Assembly (NCBI GenBank): GCA_964534625.1
Contig: CAZHRF010000001.1
Location: forward strand, 64,001-128,000
DNA length: 64,000 nucleotides
Direction: 5' to 3'
Source of the DNA: an uncultured archaeon
Lineage (GTDB): Archaea; Asgardarchaeota; Heimdallarchaeia; Heimdallarchaeales; Heimdallarchaeaceae
The position numbers were made by a program, and so were the translations under genes. The notes beneath the pieces are model-generated. The model saw nothing but the letters and a program-made list of their open reading frames with translations. It did not search any database and was not told the origin of the DNA. Each line of letters begins with the position of its first letter. Position 1 is the first letter of the stretch. Shown piece after piece: positions 31,984 through 41,650 of this stretch.

Positions 31984-32448
31984 TCATTGTTTAATAATTA
32001 CATCCAAGTTACCAAACTGGCGTTGAACTAACTCCTTAACTTTCTTAATGTTTTTCCCATTTCGCCCTATAGCTCTGCCTTTATCAATATTACGAACAGA
32101 AACTAGAGCCACCTCTCCCGATTTTCTTTTTTCGATTGATATATCTTGAATTTTTATTGGTAAAAAACAATTTTTAATGAATTTTTTAGGATTACTCGAA
32201 TATTCTATTACTTCTGCATCTTTTGCAATAAGTTCTTTGAAGCGGTTAATATTAGAACCCCTCCTCCCTATTGCAATCCCTGCTTGTCCTTCTTCTACAA
32301 CAAATATTACTTTGTTCTCTTCATCATCAACAATACAATCTCGAACCATTACGTTTACAATACCTTGTAACATAGTTATATATTGCATTTCGTTATGAGA
32401 TAATTTAACTCCAACCATTTTATCAGCCTTAATTATGTTTCCTGTCAA
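31984..32448 (-). CDS. nusA: Archaeal NusA
   Basis: Two KH domains: GIAIGRRGSNI and GRAIGRNGKNI; DCIVD, IEYS. Confidence 0.95.
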   Translation of the reverse strand: MTGNIIKADKMVGVKLSHNEMQYITMLQGIVNVMVRDCIVDDEENKVIFVVEEGQAGIAIGRRGSNINRFKELIAKDAEVIEYSSNPKKFIKNCFLPIKIQDISIEKRKSGEVALVSVRNIDKGRAIGRNGKNIKKVKELVQRQFGNLDVIIKQ

Positions 32449-32628
32449 TTTAGTTGTATCTTATTGACTGTACACTATTCTTGATTTTTTTCAAGTAGTA
32501 TAGTTTGTTTATGAAAGTATATAAATTATACGCAAAATATGTGCATTTATAGCTCATTATATTTTGGTATTGATATCCCCAATGCTTTCATGGTGTTTAA
32601 ATAAAAGAATAAAAACGATTTTATCCTT

Positions 32629-32928
32629 TTAATTTTCAATAACGTCTAGAATATCACTGTCTCCTGTTTCGATAATTGCTAGAGTAGAAATGAAATGTGG
32701 TCTTCCACACGCAGCACCTAAATCTAATGAAGATCCTTGATATTTTAAGACGGGTATCTCAGCCAGTTTGGCATATCGTTTTATATCTTGTTCAATATCA
32801 ATTGGGGCATTATTAGCAAGAATTACTAATTTTGCTTTTTTATTCACTAGTGCATTACTTGTTGTTTTTACACCAAATGTTGCTTCACCTGTATCTACAG
32901 CAATTCTTATGCTTCTATCAACATTCAT
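32629..32928 (-). CDS. rpl30e: 50S ribosomal protein eL30
   Basis: AVDTG..FG, KAKLVILANNAP, LGAACGRPH, GDSDIL; ATG 32928 preferred over TTG 32961. Confidence 0.95.
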   Translation of the reverse strand: MNVDRSIRIAVDTGEATFGVKTTSNALVNKKAKLVILANNAPIDIEQDIKRYAKLAEIPVLKYQGSSLDLGAACGRPHFISTLAIIETGDSDILDVIEN

Positions 32929-33084
32929 CTGATTACACCGATAATCTTTATTGAAGCTCAAAAATCTAAAGAGTTATTAAATATTATTACTATTGTGTAA
33001 TTCCATAACTTACAATGAATATATATACTGAAAAGGAAAAAACTAAAAACCTTTATTTTAATAGAGTATATAGTACATAAAAAA

Positions 33085-33990
33085 GTGATTAAATTGGTTC
33101 ATAAGTTCACAGTCGAGTTTCCTGAAGATATTTGGAGAGAAATAAAAGAAAAAAAAGGTCCAGGTTCTATTAAGGACTTTTTGATACGTTTAATTAGGAA
33201 AGAGTTCGAACTACAAAAAATAAAAACGTTTATTTTAGCGGGAGGTGAGGGGGCTAGGCTCAAACCATTAACAGAATCAATTCCAAAAGCTCTAATACCT
33301 GTGGGTTATAAGCCATTATTAGAACATAATATTGAACTACTTGAAAAAAATGGTATAACTGATGTTATATTATTAATTGGAAAGTTGGGCAATAGAATAA
33401 TGAAATATTTTGGACAAAAATGGAATACTGTAGATATAAGTTATGTAAGTGAATCTACTCTGTTAGATACTGCGGGTGCAGTAGAAAATGCTAAAAACCT
33501 TATTTCAAACACGTTTATAGTAATGAATTCCGATATATTAACAAATGTTAAAATATCTGAGATAATTCAAAGCCATAAACAAAATAAAAATGAATGCATA
33601 GCAACTGTTTGCGGAATCAATATTGACAATTATTCTCAAAAAATTGGAAACCTTGAAGATAAAACAATGTTTTCAAATTATGGTATTTTTGAAATTGAAG
33701 AATATGATGGCAATAGGAAACGCGTTGTTAACTTTGATGAAAAACTTTCGAAAAAACAAAAAGAAGGATATATTGATATGGGTATATATGTGTTTGAACC
33801 AGAAATATTGACGTATTTAAAAGATTCAAAAGAGAAATCATTATCTCGTGATATTATACCTCTGTTAATAAAACAAGAAAAAGTGAATGCTTTCATCAGT
33901 CCTAATAATGTTTACTGGATCGATGTAGCTAGGCCAGAACGATGGTCAAAAGCATGGGATGCTCTTTTTTCAGGTGCTATTGAGCCATAA
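33085..33990 (+). CDS. Sugar-phosphate nucleotidyltransferase with N-terminal ribbon-helix-helix-like domain
   Basis: ILAGGEGARLKPLTESIPKAL, NSDI, FDEK, WIDVA; preceded by KFTVEFPEDIWREIK...SIKDFLIRLIRKEF. Confidence 0.78.
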   Translation: MIKLVHKFTVEFPEDIWREIKEKKGPGSIKDFLIRLIRKEFELQKIKTFILAGGEGARLKPLTESIPKALIPVGYKPLLEHNIELLEKNGITDVILLIGKLGNRIMKYFGQKWNTVDISYVSESTLLDTAGAVENAKNLISNTFIVMNSDILTNVKISEIIQSHKQNKNECIATVCGINIDNYSQKIGNLEDKTMFSNYGIFEIEEYDGNRKRVVNFDEKLSKKQKEGYIDMGIYVFEPEILTYLKDSKEKSLSRDIIPLLIKQEKVNAFISPNNVYWIDVARPERWSKAWDALFSGAIEP

Positions 33991-34045
33991 TCTTTCCCAA
34001 TCGTCTTAACAAGGGATTTCACGAAAAAAAATTATAGGTGAAAAT

Positions 34046-35149
34046 ATGTCTCATCATGTATCAACAATCAAACATGCGATTGAAAGAACAAAATATAAAC
34101 AGAAAATAGCGAAAGAATATGATTTACCTGTGGAAAGTATATTAGATCTTAGTTGTGGAGATAATTTGTTCATCCCTCCAGATTTTATTAGACGTAGAAT
34201 TATCAAAAAAATAAAACTAATTGATCCAAGAGACAATTATCCGTTTGACTATTACTCCTTCGTAGATGAATTATCTAGATTTCTTGGATTGAATAAAGGT
34301 TGTATATATCCCGGTTTGAGTCATAACCAATTAATTTTTAGAATACTGTCCGTGTTTAAGAAACCATCTAATAAAATTATGCTTTTAATACCTGATAAAG
34401 ACACATATTATTATATTTCAATGAGCTTAGGCTATGATCTCATGTATTATCAGTTAGAACCTAACTACAAATTATCGCCAAATGAGATACTGTCTGAAGT
34501 GAAACGAAAAAAACCGGATATTATTCTTTTCTCTTCTCCTCATTTTCCAATTGGTAATCAATTTGAAGAAGAAGCCATATTAACTTTTTTAGATAGTATT
34601 GATATACCAGTGATAGTTGATGAAACATACGTAGAATATGGGACATATAGTTTAGTAAATCAAATAGATCGTTTTGACAATTTAATTGTTATCAGAACAT
34701 TTTCAAAAGCATGGGGATTAGGTTCATTCTCTTGTGCTTATCTTGTTGCCTCATCTCCCATAGTAGAACGTATAAAAAACAGCTATGTAATTGAAGAAAT
34801 TCCTCCAATAAATCTTTTAGTAACTAATTCATTATTGAGGAATCCATTCCAATTAATAGAATATATTAATGAATTCATAAATGAAAGGAAAAAAGTCATC
34901 AATTATTTAAGAGTACTGTCTGGTATTAAAGTATATCCTAGCGATTCTAATTTTATTTCATTAGAAATTAATAAAAACATAACTAAATTTACTGATTATT
35001 TTTTGAGTAAAGGAATTATAGTCAGAACAGTTAAAGATTCAATTTTGGGAAAAAACTTAGATAACACACTTTTTGTAACCTTAGGTAATAGTAAAATAAA
35101 TGAAAGATTTACTATCTCTTTAGTTGAAATATTGGAGGCATTAGCATAA
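34046..35149 (+). CDS. HisC/CobD-like class I/II aminotransferase homolog, degenerate active site
   Basis: VDETYVEY, IRTFSKAWGL, YPSDSNF; PNNPTG replaced by PHFPIG. Confidence 0.75.
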   Translation: MSHHVSTIKHAIERTKYKQKIAKEYDLPVESILDLSCGDNLFIPPDFIRRRIIKKIKLIDPRDNYPFDYYSFVDELSRFLGLNKGCIYPGLSHNQLIFRILSVFKKPSNKIMLLIPDKDTYYYISMSLGYDLMYYQLEPNYKLSPNEILSEVKRKKPDIILFSSPHFPIGNQFEEEAILTFLDSIDIPVIVDETYVEYGTYSLVNQIDRFDNLIVIRTFSKAWGLGSFSCAYLVASSPIVERIKNSYVIEEIPPINLLVTNSLLRNPFQLIEYINEFINERKKVINYLRVLSGIKVYPSDSNFISLEINKNITKFTDYFLSKGIIVRTVKDSILGKNLDNTLFVTLGNSKINERFTISLVEILEALA

Positions 35150-35159
35150 ATTTGTGATT

Positions 35160-35660
35160 TTACTTCTTTTTGTAATACTTTCGTTTTACGGGGCTTCCGC
35201 ATTCAATACAAACCTGAACCTTTCTATGATAAGTAGTAGAGCAAACACTACATTTCCAATAATACTGTCGTTTTGTTTGAATGTTAAATGACGTTCCCTC
35301 AACACATAAATTATTAATCTTGCAGACATTTTGAATTGCAAAATCATCTGATAGTATAATGAAATCATTATAATCGAGAGAAAGAGCAATTATTTGAAGG
35401 TCATAGTTTGATAAAGATGTAAAATCCCCTGTTTTTTTAGCCATTTTTTTTGCTTTTTTCAGGCTCTTTTTTGTTGGTTCGACCAGTTGTACGTGATTCT
35501 GTTCAATTAGAATTTCCAAGGTAAATTTGGCTTTTTTAGATTTAATCTCTTCATAAATGCTAGAAGGCACAATGAAATTTTTATTAGAAAAGTATTCTAA
35601 ATTATTTGGTAAAACATGGATTAGTACGGTAGAATCAACAATATAGTGTTTTTTCATCAA
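35160..35660 (-). CDS. nob1: Nob1 endonuclease (PIN domain plus zinc ribbon)
   Basis: VDST, EEI, TGDFTSLSNYDLQIIAL, SDDFAIQNV, CSVC...CIECGS. Confidence 0.9.
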   Translation of the reverse strand: MMKKHYIVDSTVLIHVLPNNLEYFSNKNFIVPSSIYEEIKSKKAKFTLEILIEQNHVQLVEPTKKSLKKAKKMAKKTGDFTSLSNYDLQIIALSLDYNDFIILSDDFAIQNVCKINNLCVEGTSFNIQTKRQYYWKCSVCSTTYHRKVQVCIECGSPVKRKYYKKK

Positions 35661-35777
35661 GGTATCACAACCATTACTGAAACAGCCTTTAGTTTTTAAA
35701 ACTATTTCTAACTAATATATTCGTTTTTGTCTATGACATTAGCGTTTGTTTCCATGTTGAGTAATTAAAATATAAAA

Positions 35778-36938
35778 TTAATCCTTTTTGAGTTTTGAAA
35801 TAAAAAATCCTGCGGTTTTATGAACACCAGGGATAAATCTGAGAACAGGAAATGTAAAATCTGCTTTAATCGAACCCATGGAAGAATATGGGACTGAGGG
35901 TTCAACCACTTTTAGGTTAAGCTTATTTTGAGCAAACATTATTACTTCTTCATTTTCTTCTGGCGTAATAGAACAAGTGGAGTAGATAATGGTTCCATTT
36001 TCTTTCAATCTTTCATTACATGCAGTTAATATTGCTTTTTGATAGTTTGCTATGTCTTGTATTTGTTTCTTATTCACATCGAAATGTAATCTCGGTCTAA
36101 CACCTAAAGCACTACAAGGAGGATCAACTAATATTTTATCAAATTTTGGTAAATCTTTTGTTATTTTAAGTATATCTCCAACAATACAACTAATATTTTG
36201 AAGCTTCAACTTTTTTATTTTTTCTTTCAACTTAGAGAGTCTATTTGAAGAACGATCAATGGCAATAATTTTTGATTGATTCTGGGTTATTTCACTTATA
36301 TGTAGTGTTTTCCCTCCCGGTGCTGCACAAGCATCAAGAATCGTGTCACCTTTTTTTGGCTCTAAATTGAGACTAACGAGATAAGATGGAATACTCTGAA
36401 AGTATGCGGAGCTATTTTTAATTTTTTTATCGTTTTTACTTGGGACTTGATAAGGTGATTTGATGTTTTTTACTGCAATACCGTGCTCTTTTGAAGATAT
36501 TTCTACATGATTCATTAAAGTAAATCCTTCAGCAACAAAAACCTTGTTCTGGCTTTGAATATTGACAATAGTTCCTTTACTGATTTTACTAATCCTTTTT
36601 ATTCCTGGGACAAAAAGATCTGCCCCTTGATAAATCATTTCGGATGCAATATTATCTACTGTTATTGTTTTAATATTATTGTCTTTCTTAATTTTAAATG
36701 GACCTTTTGGCTTAATTACAAGTAGATTGTTGAACTTTTCATTTATTCGATTCTTGAATCCTTGTTTCTCAAATTCTTTGGAAACATTATCTATTAAATC
36801 ATAATCTGAATAAAAGTGCAATGTATAGTCGGTCATAGGAGTTATTATTGCATCAAAGTATATTGAAGCTAATTTTTCACCAAGTGCTGAATGGAGATAC
36901 TTTTTTGCATTGTTTGTAATGTAAGGCTTAGTACTCAT
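35778..36938 (-). CDS. PUA-domain RNA m5C methyltransferase (RsmB/NOP2/NSUN6-like)
   Basis: PUA (GADLFVPGI), DACAAPGGKT, DPPCS, YSTCS..EENE, GFFISKL. Confidence 0.9.
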   Translation of the reverse strand: MSTKPYITNNAKKYLHSALGEKLASIYFDAIITPMTDYTLHFYSDYDLIDNVSKEFEKQGFKNRINEKFNNLLVIKPKGPFKIKKDNNIKTITVDNIASEMIYQGADLFVPGIKRISKISKGTIVNIQSQNKVFVAEGFTLMNHVEISSKEHGIAVKNIKSPYQVPSKNDKKIKNSSAYFQSIPSYLVSLNLEPKKGDTILDACAAPGGKTLHISEITQNQSKIIAIDRSSNRLSKLKEKIKKLKLQNISCIVGDILKITKDLPKFDKILVDPPCSALGVRPRLHFDVNKKQIQDIANYQKAILTACNERLKENGTIIYSTCSITPEENEEVIMFAQNKLNLKVVEPSVPYSSMGSIKADFTFPVLRFIPGVHKTAGFFISKLKKD

Positions 36939-37005
36939 TATAATCTGTCTTGATTGATTTGTTTTTTCATGTCTTATTTGATAGTCGTGACAAATGATGA
37001 ACTAA

Positions 37006-37087
37006 TGCGGGGAGAGAGAGTCGAACTCTCGAACCACTAAGGACTAGAACCTGAATCTAGCGCCTTTGACCACTCGGCAATCCCCGC
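37006..37087 (-). tRNA. tRNA-Leu(CAG), CCA not encoded
   Basis: GCGGGGA/TCCCCGC+A; anticodon arm CTAGA-TTCAGGT-TCTAG; long variable region; T arm GAGAG-TTCGACT-CTCTC. Confidence 0.95.
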
Positions 37088-37202
37088 TTGTTTAAACACC
37101 AATTGTTATACATTTTATATTTTTTTGCTTGATGTACATTCTACTGAAAATACAAGACATTTATTAAGAAAAAGTAAGATAATATATTAGAAGGAGAAAG
37201 TA

Positions 37203-38468
37203 ATGAGGTTAAGAGATTATCTGAATTTTATTCAGAAAAAAGATTTACTCGTTGACATAGAAAAACCAGTTAAAAAAGAATATGAAATCAAAAAATATCT
37301 GTATAAATATAAAGATAAAACGGTTTTCTTTTCCAATGTAGAACATTCAAAATATCCGTTGGTGGGAAATACTATATGTTCTAGAAGACAGCTTAGTTTA
37401 ATATTAGGATCAAATAATATCCATGATGGTTTTCAAAAGAAAACACAGAAATTTTACGCCAATCAAAAAACAAGTATCAATCATCTGTCGGAAGAAAAGA
37501 TGGATTTATCTGAGCTTCCCATACCCAGGTTTTTCAAATCGGATGGAGGCTTTTATTTAACCTCTGGAATTGTTTTTGCTAAATTTCCTGAATCCGAAAG
37601 TACGAATGGAAGTATTCATCGTATTATGATTAGATCAAATAATAAAGGAACCATAAGACTTGTTCCAAGGCACCTTTATAAAATTTTTAGAGAAAATAAA
37701 AATAAAAAAGAAGACACCCCAGTTGCTATAGTCGTTGGATATCATCCTCTTATTGCCTTAGCTTGTTCAAGCCCTCTCTCTTTTAATAAATCGGAAATAA
37801 CTATCGCTAATTCATTATTAGATGGGACTCTAAAAACAATGAAGTCTCCATATTATAATATTGAAATACCTTCTTCAGTAAATTTTGTTCTTGAAGGGAA
37901 AATATTAGCAAATGAAAAAGAAAAAGAAGGACCTTTTGTTGATATTACAGGTACGATAGATGAAATAAGAGAGCAACCTGTTTTACAGTTTGAAAGGCTA
38001 TATGTTAATGATAGCAATGCAGTTTTTCAAACGGTTTTACCAGCTAATAACGAACATTATATTTTAATGGGTTTTCCTCGGGAAGTAAAAATATATGAGT
38101 ATGTATCCCAAATTGTACCCGAAGTTCACGATGTTTTGTTGTCTAATGGTGGATGTGGATGGCTTCATGCTATAGTATCCATAACACCATTAAAAATAGG
38201 CGATGCGAAAAATGTTGCAATGGCTGCATTTGCTGCACATTCGTCCTTAAAATGGTGTACGGTCGTAAATAAAGACATTAATATTCATAATCCAGAAGAA
38301 GTAGAATGGGCAAAAATTACCCGAATGGGTAAGGGGGATATTGTTGTAATTAATAAAGTAAGGGGTTCATCTTTAGATCCCACAAAAAATGAAGATGGTA
38401 CTTCTATTAAAGTAATATTTGATGCTACAATAAAAACGAAAAATGAGTTACATAAAAAAATTGCATAG
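37203..38468 (+). CDS. UbiD-family prFMN-dependent decarboxylase (candidate anhydromevalonate-phosphate decarboxylase)
   Basis: DGGFYLTSG, SIHR, RHL, EGPFVDITG, GGCGWLHA, GSSLDP, DAT. Confidence 0.88.
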   Translation: MRLRDYLNFIQKKDLLVDIEKPVKKEYEIKKYLYKYKDKTVFFSNVEHSKYPLVGNTICSRRQLSLILGSNNIHDGFQKKTQKFYANQKTSINHLSEEKMDLSELPIPRFFKSDGGFYLTSGIVFAKFPESESTNGSIHRIMIRSNNKGTIRLVPRHLYKIFRENKNKKEDTPVAIVVGYHPLIALACSSPLSFNKSEITIANSLLDGTLKTMKSPYYNIEIPSSVNFVLEGKILANEKEKEGPFVDITGTIDEIREQPVLQFERLYVNDSNAVFQTVLPANNEHYILMGFPREVKIYEYVSQIVPEVHDVLLSNGGCGWLHAIVSITPLKIGDAKNVAMAAFAAHSSLKWCTVVNKDINIHNPEEVEWAKITRMGKGDIVVINKVRGSSLDPTKNEDGTSIKVIFDATIKTKNELHKKIA

Positions 38469-38481
38469 TTGGCTGTGTTTT

Positions 38482-38826
38482 TTACATAATTTCATCTTGA
38501 ATTTTTTTCCAAATACTGTTAAGCATTTTCTCTTCAGTTATGTTAAGCGATATTAAGACCATTTTACCTGTTACTTTTGCAATTTTTTCACCAATCATAC
38601 GTAAAAAGTAATCAAATTTTGATCCAACAAGAAAGACAGTAGACGGAGGGATAGTGTCCGAGCCGGGAACGGAAAGACTTGTAGTTCCCATCTTAGGCGT
38701 ATCTATGTAGATATACAACGATATACCGTTAGTGAATTCCAAATAAGTAATTTCTAAATCGTGTTCCTCAATTTTGAGAATTTTAATGTGTGATTGATCA
38801 GGCATGAAACCACATTCTTCTTTCAC
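38482..38826 (-). CDS. PAC3/PAC4-like proteasome assembly chaperone candidate
   Basis: beta-rich FTNGISLYI...KMGTTSLSVP...STVFLVG..FLRMIGEKIAKVTGKMVLISLNI pattern. Confidence 0.55.
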   Translation of the reverse strand: MKEECGFMPDQSHIKILKIEEHDLEITYLEFTNGISLYIYIDTPKMGTTSLSVPGSDTIPPSTVFLVGSKFDYFLRMIGEKIAKVTGKMVLISLNITEEKMLNSIWKKIQDEIM

Positions 38827-38951
38827 TTTTAAACATTTTTAGTTCATCTATGCACATTTTGTAATTTTTTATTTTTCTGTCAGGAAAAAAGGAGTACAAA
38901 AATACAAAAATCAATCAAACTTGTTTTGTATTAATAATACAACCAAATTTT

Positions 38952-39896
38952 TCATGAGTCGAAATCTTCGTCTAGTGAAAAGTTTTCATAAAACTTTCTA
39001 AGACGGTTTTTTGTTTCCATATCTTCAATTTGTTGCAACTCAAAAGCTAATAGTAAATTTGAAGCTAATATATTTACTGTAACGGGTCCACTTCCACCAG
39101 GAACAGGAGAAATATAACTCGCCTTTTGTTTTACGTTATCAAAATCAACATCACCTGTTAGCTTCCCCTCTTTCATTGACACTCCAACATCGACAACAAC
39201 AACTTGTTCTTTTACCATATCTTCTTTAATTATATGAGGAATCCCTGTTGCACTAACCAAAATATCTGCTTTTTTTGTATATTTTTCTAATGGTCTAGAT
39301 TTTGAGTGACAAATGGTTACAGTAGCGTTTTCTTTTAAAAAGAGGAATGAAAGGGGTTTACCAACAATAATACTACGCCCAACTATAACAACATGTTTAC
39401 CTACTAGGGGTATATTATAATATTTAAGCAAAGCAACAACACCTAATGCTGTTGGAGGAACAAGTCCTGGATGATGTTCAACCCAAGAGTAAATGTTATG
39501 AGGGGAAAGACCTTCAACATCTTTCTCTGGGGCAATTTTTCTAATTATTTTCTTTGCATGCATATGATTTGGTAATGGTAATTGAACCAAAATACCATCT
39601 ATTGCGGCTTGATTGTTGTGTTCGATAATAGTGTCGATAATTTCTTTTTCTGTAGTATCCTCTGAAAAATGTTCAACTTTAGAATTTATACAAAGATTAG
39701 AAAATACTCTCTCTTTCATTTTTAGGTAAGAAAGAGATCCTGGGTCATCGCCAACTAAAATAGTTAATAGAGAAGGTAACCGATCATAATCTTGCCTGAA
39801 TACTTTGCACCGTGTCTTGAGTATTTTCTCGCTATAATTTGTCGAGAATTCTCTACCATCCATAATTATGGGATATTCGTGATTTTTTTCTTGCAT
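38952..39896 (-). CDS. folD: Bifunctional methylene-THF dehydrogenase/cyclohydrolase
   Basis: LVGDDPGS..Y..K, GILVQLPLP, EKDVEG, GRSIIVGKP, SPVPGGSGPVT. Confidence 0.95.
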   Translation of the reverse strand: MQEKNHEYPIIMDGREFSTNYSEKILKTRCKVFRQDYDRLPSLLTILVGDDPGSLSYLKMKERVFSNLCINSKVEHFSEDTTEKEIIDTIIEHNNQAAIDGILVQLPLPNHMHAKKIIRKIAPEKDVEGLSPHNIYSWVEHHPGLVPPTALGVVALLKYYNIPLVGKHVVIVGRSIIVGKPLSFLFLKENATVTICHSKSRPLEKYTKKADILVSATGIPHIIKEDMVKEQVVVVDVGVSMKEGKLTGDVDFDNVKQKASYISPVPGGSGPVTVNILASNLLLAFELQQIEDMETKNRLRKFYENFSLDEDFDS

Positions 39897-40000
39897 GATA
39901 TTGAATCAAATGTATATAATATAAATATTAACTTAGTCGCTTAAATTAAAAATCTATAAACGTGAAATCAACTTAAAAAATAAGATAGTTTTAATTCGTA

Positions 40001-40618
40001 TTAATCTAACCCAACTTCAATGCGCCTTTTTTCTACGCTTTTTATTAGTTCTTTGGCAAAAGTAACAAAAGCTTCTTCAACTTTTTCTCCTGTTTTTGCA
40101 GAAGTCATGAAGAAAGAATCTTTTGATAATCCAATTTTGTCAACTATTTCGTATATTTCCTCCTCTGTAACTGCTATTTGTTCTTTCAAATCACTTTTGT
40201 TACCAACTAAGAAATATAACACATCCTCTTCGACTCCCCCTAACCCTCTCTTCCATTCTTTAATTGCTTCTAAGGTATCCTCTCTTGTTAGATCAAAGAC
40301 CAAAAAGCATCCTTTAGCCCCCCGATAAAACTTTTCTCTAACTCCACTAAAACGTTGTTGACCTCCAATATCGCTAATAAGAAATAGTACTTCATCTTCG
40401 TCTATAAATAATTGTTTACTAAGAATATCGACACCAATAGTTATCATATAGCTGCTCTCAAAACGATTATGAACATAACGAGAGATCAGGGAACTTTTCC
40501 CTACACCTGGTGATCCCAGAACAATAATTTTGAAGATATATTTCCTTCCCTCTTTTTCTCTTCGTTCTTCTTTGATTTTACGAATATCATCCTTATTCAT
40601 TGGATTTTCCCCTTTCAA
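40001..40618 (-). CDS. Rab-like small GTPase (Ras superfamily)
   Basis: FKIIVLGSPGVGKSS, TIGVD, DIGGQQRF, FYRGA, VFDLT, GNKSD, TSAKTG; no C-terminal Cys. Confidence 0.92.
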   Translation of the reverse strand: MKGENPMNKDDIRKIKEERREKEGRKYIFKIIVLGSPGVGKSSLISRYVHNRFESSYMITIGVDILSKQLFIDEDEVLFLISDIGGQQRFSGVREKFYRGAKGCFLVFDLTREDTLEAIKEWKRGLGGVEEDVLYFLVGNKSDLKEQIAVTEEEIYEIVDKIGLSKDSFFMTSAKTGEKVEEAFVTFAKELIKSVEKRRIEVGLD

Positions 40619-40640
40619 CCTTGATAGTAATTACTTGGAT

Positions 40641-41060
40641 TTAATTCTTTCTATTGTATTTTATATTGAAATTGGAAAGAATATTTTGAGCATCATCATT
40701 TTGTAGTTTTCCTTGAGGGGGAAATTTTAAAATTGCATCATTTGGGTGTCGCGGGATTATATGAAAGTGTACATGAAAAATCTCTTGACCTGCTGCTTTT
40801 CCATTGCTTTGTAGAATGTTATATGCTGGTGCGTCCACAGCTTCTTTTATACTAGAAGCAATTGAAGGTAATTTTTGTAGAAATATTATTTCCTCTTCTG
40901 GTATTTCGCTTAAGTCAGTGAAATGCTTCTTTGGAATATAAAGGGAATGTCCTTTTGATACAGGATTTATGTCTAAAAAAACCTTGATTTTTTCGTCTTC
41001 ATACAACGTATAGCTAGGTATCTCACCTGTTATTATTTTACAGAAAATACAGTTATTCAT
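40641..41060 (-). CDS. HIT-family hydrolase
   Basis: CIFCKI, LDINP..GH, GQEIFHVHFHIIPR. Confidence 0.95.
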   Translation of the reverse strand: MNNCIFCKIITGEIPSYTLYEDEKIKVFLDINPVSKGHSLYIPKKHFTDLSEIPEEEIIFLQKLPSIASSIKEAVDAPAYNILQSNGKAAGQEIFHVHFHIIPRHPNDAILKFPPQGKLQNDDAQNILSNFNIKYNRKN

Positions 41061-41091
41061 AATGAAATTATATCTTCCAAATAAAAAAATC

Positions 41092-41532
41092 TTACTCTTC
41101 TTCTTTAGACTTAATATAATATGTCCTAAATTCTTGAAATATCTGTTTATAGTTCTTATGATTCATAAATTCAACTAATTTGATTATTACATTAATAGTT
41201 TTTTTGCTAATAATATGTTCGATTTTACATGCATCCTCGGTTGCCAAATCTTCATCTAAACCAAGTTTAATGAAAAATTGTTTGATTGTATTATGTTTCA
41301 TTTCTAAATCCTTAGCAATTTTTAAACCATCATTTGTTAAATATACGCCCTTATACTTCTCGTATTCAATCAATCTCTCATCCGCGAGTTTTTGCATCAT
41401 TTCAGTTACAGAAGCAAGACTACTCAATCCTAGGGCTTCTTTTATGTCGCTTACTTTTACTATATTTTCTTCGCTTGTACTGGTGATTTCATATATTGTT
41501 TCAAGGTATTCTTCTATTCTTACTGTACTCAT
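41092..41532 (-). CDS. DtxR/MntR-family metal-dependent regulator
   Basis: EEYLETIY, SVTEMMQKL, YKGVYLT..G, KH, DACKIEH. Confidence 0.92.
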   Translation of the reverse strand: MSTVRIEEYLETIYEITSTSEENIVKVSDIKEALGLSSLASVTEMMQKLADERLIEYEKYKGVYLTNDGLKIAKDLEMKHNTIKQFFIKLGLDEDLATEDACKIEHIISKKTINVIIKLVEFMNHKNYKQIFQEFRTYYIKSKEEE

Positions 41533-41650
41533 GTTGTTACCTCTATACTAAAGATACATCTACTATATTACAATAAACATCAAAACCTTTATGTTTTTTG
41601 TTATAGAGTTAAAAGTACGTCCTATTATTCCTTTATATTGCAAAAAAATA

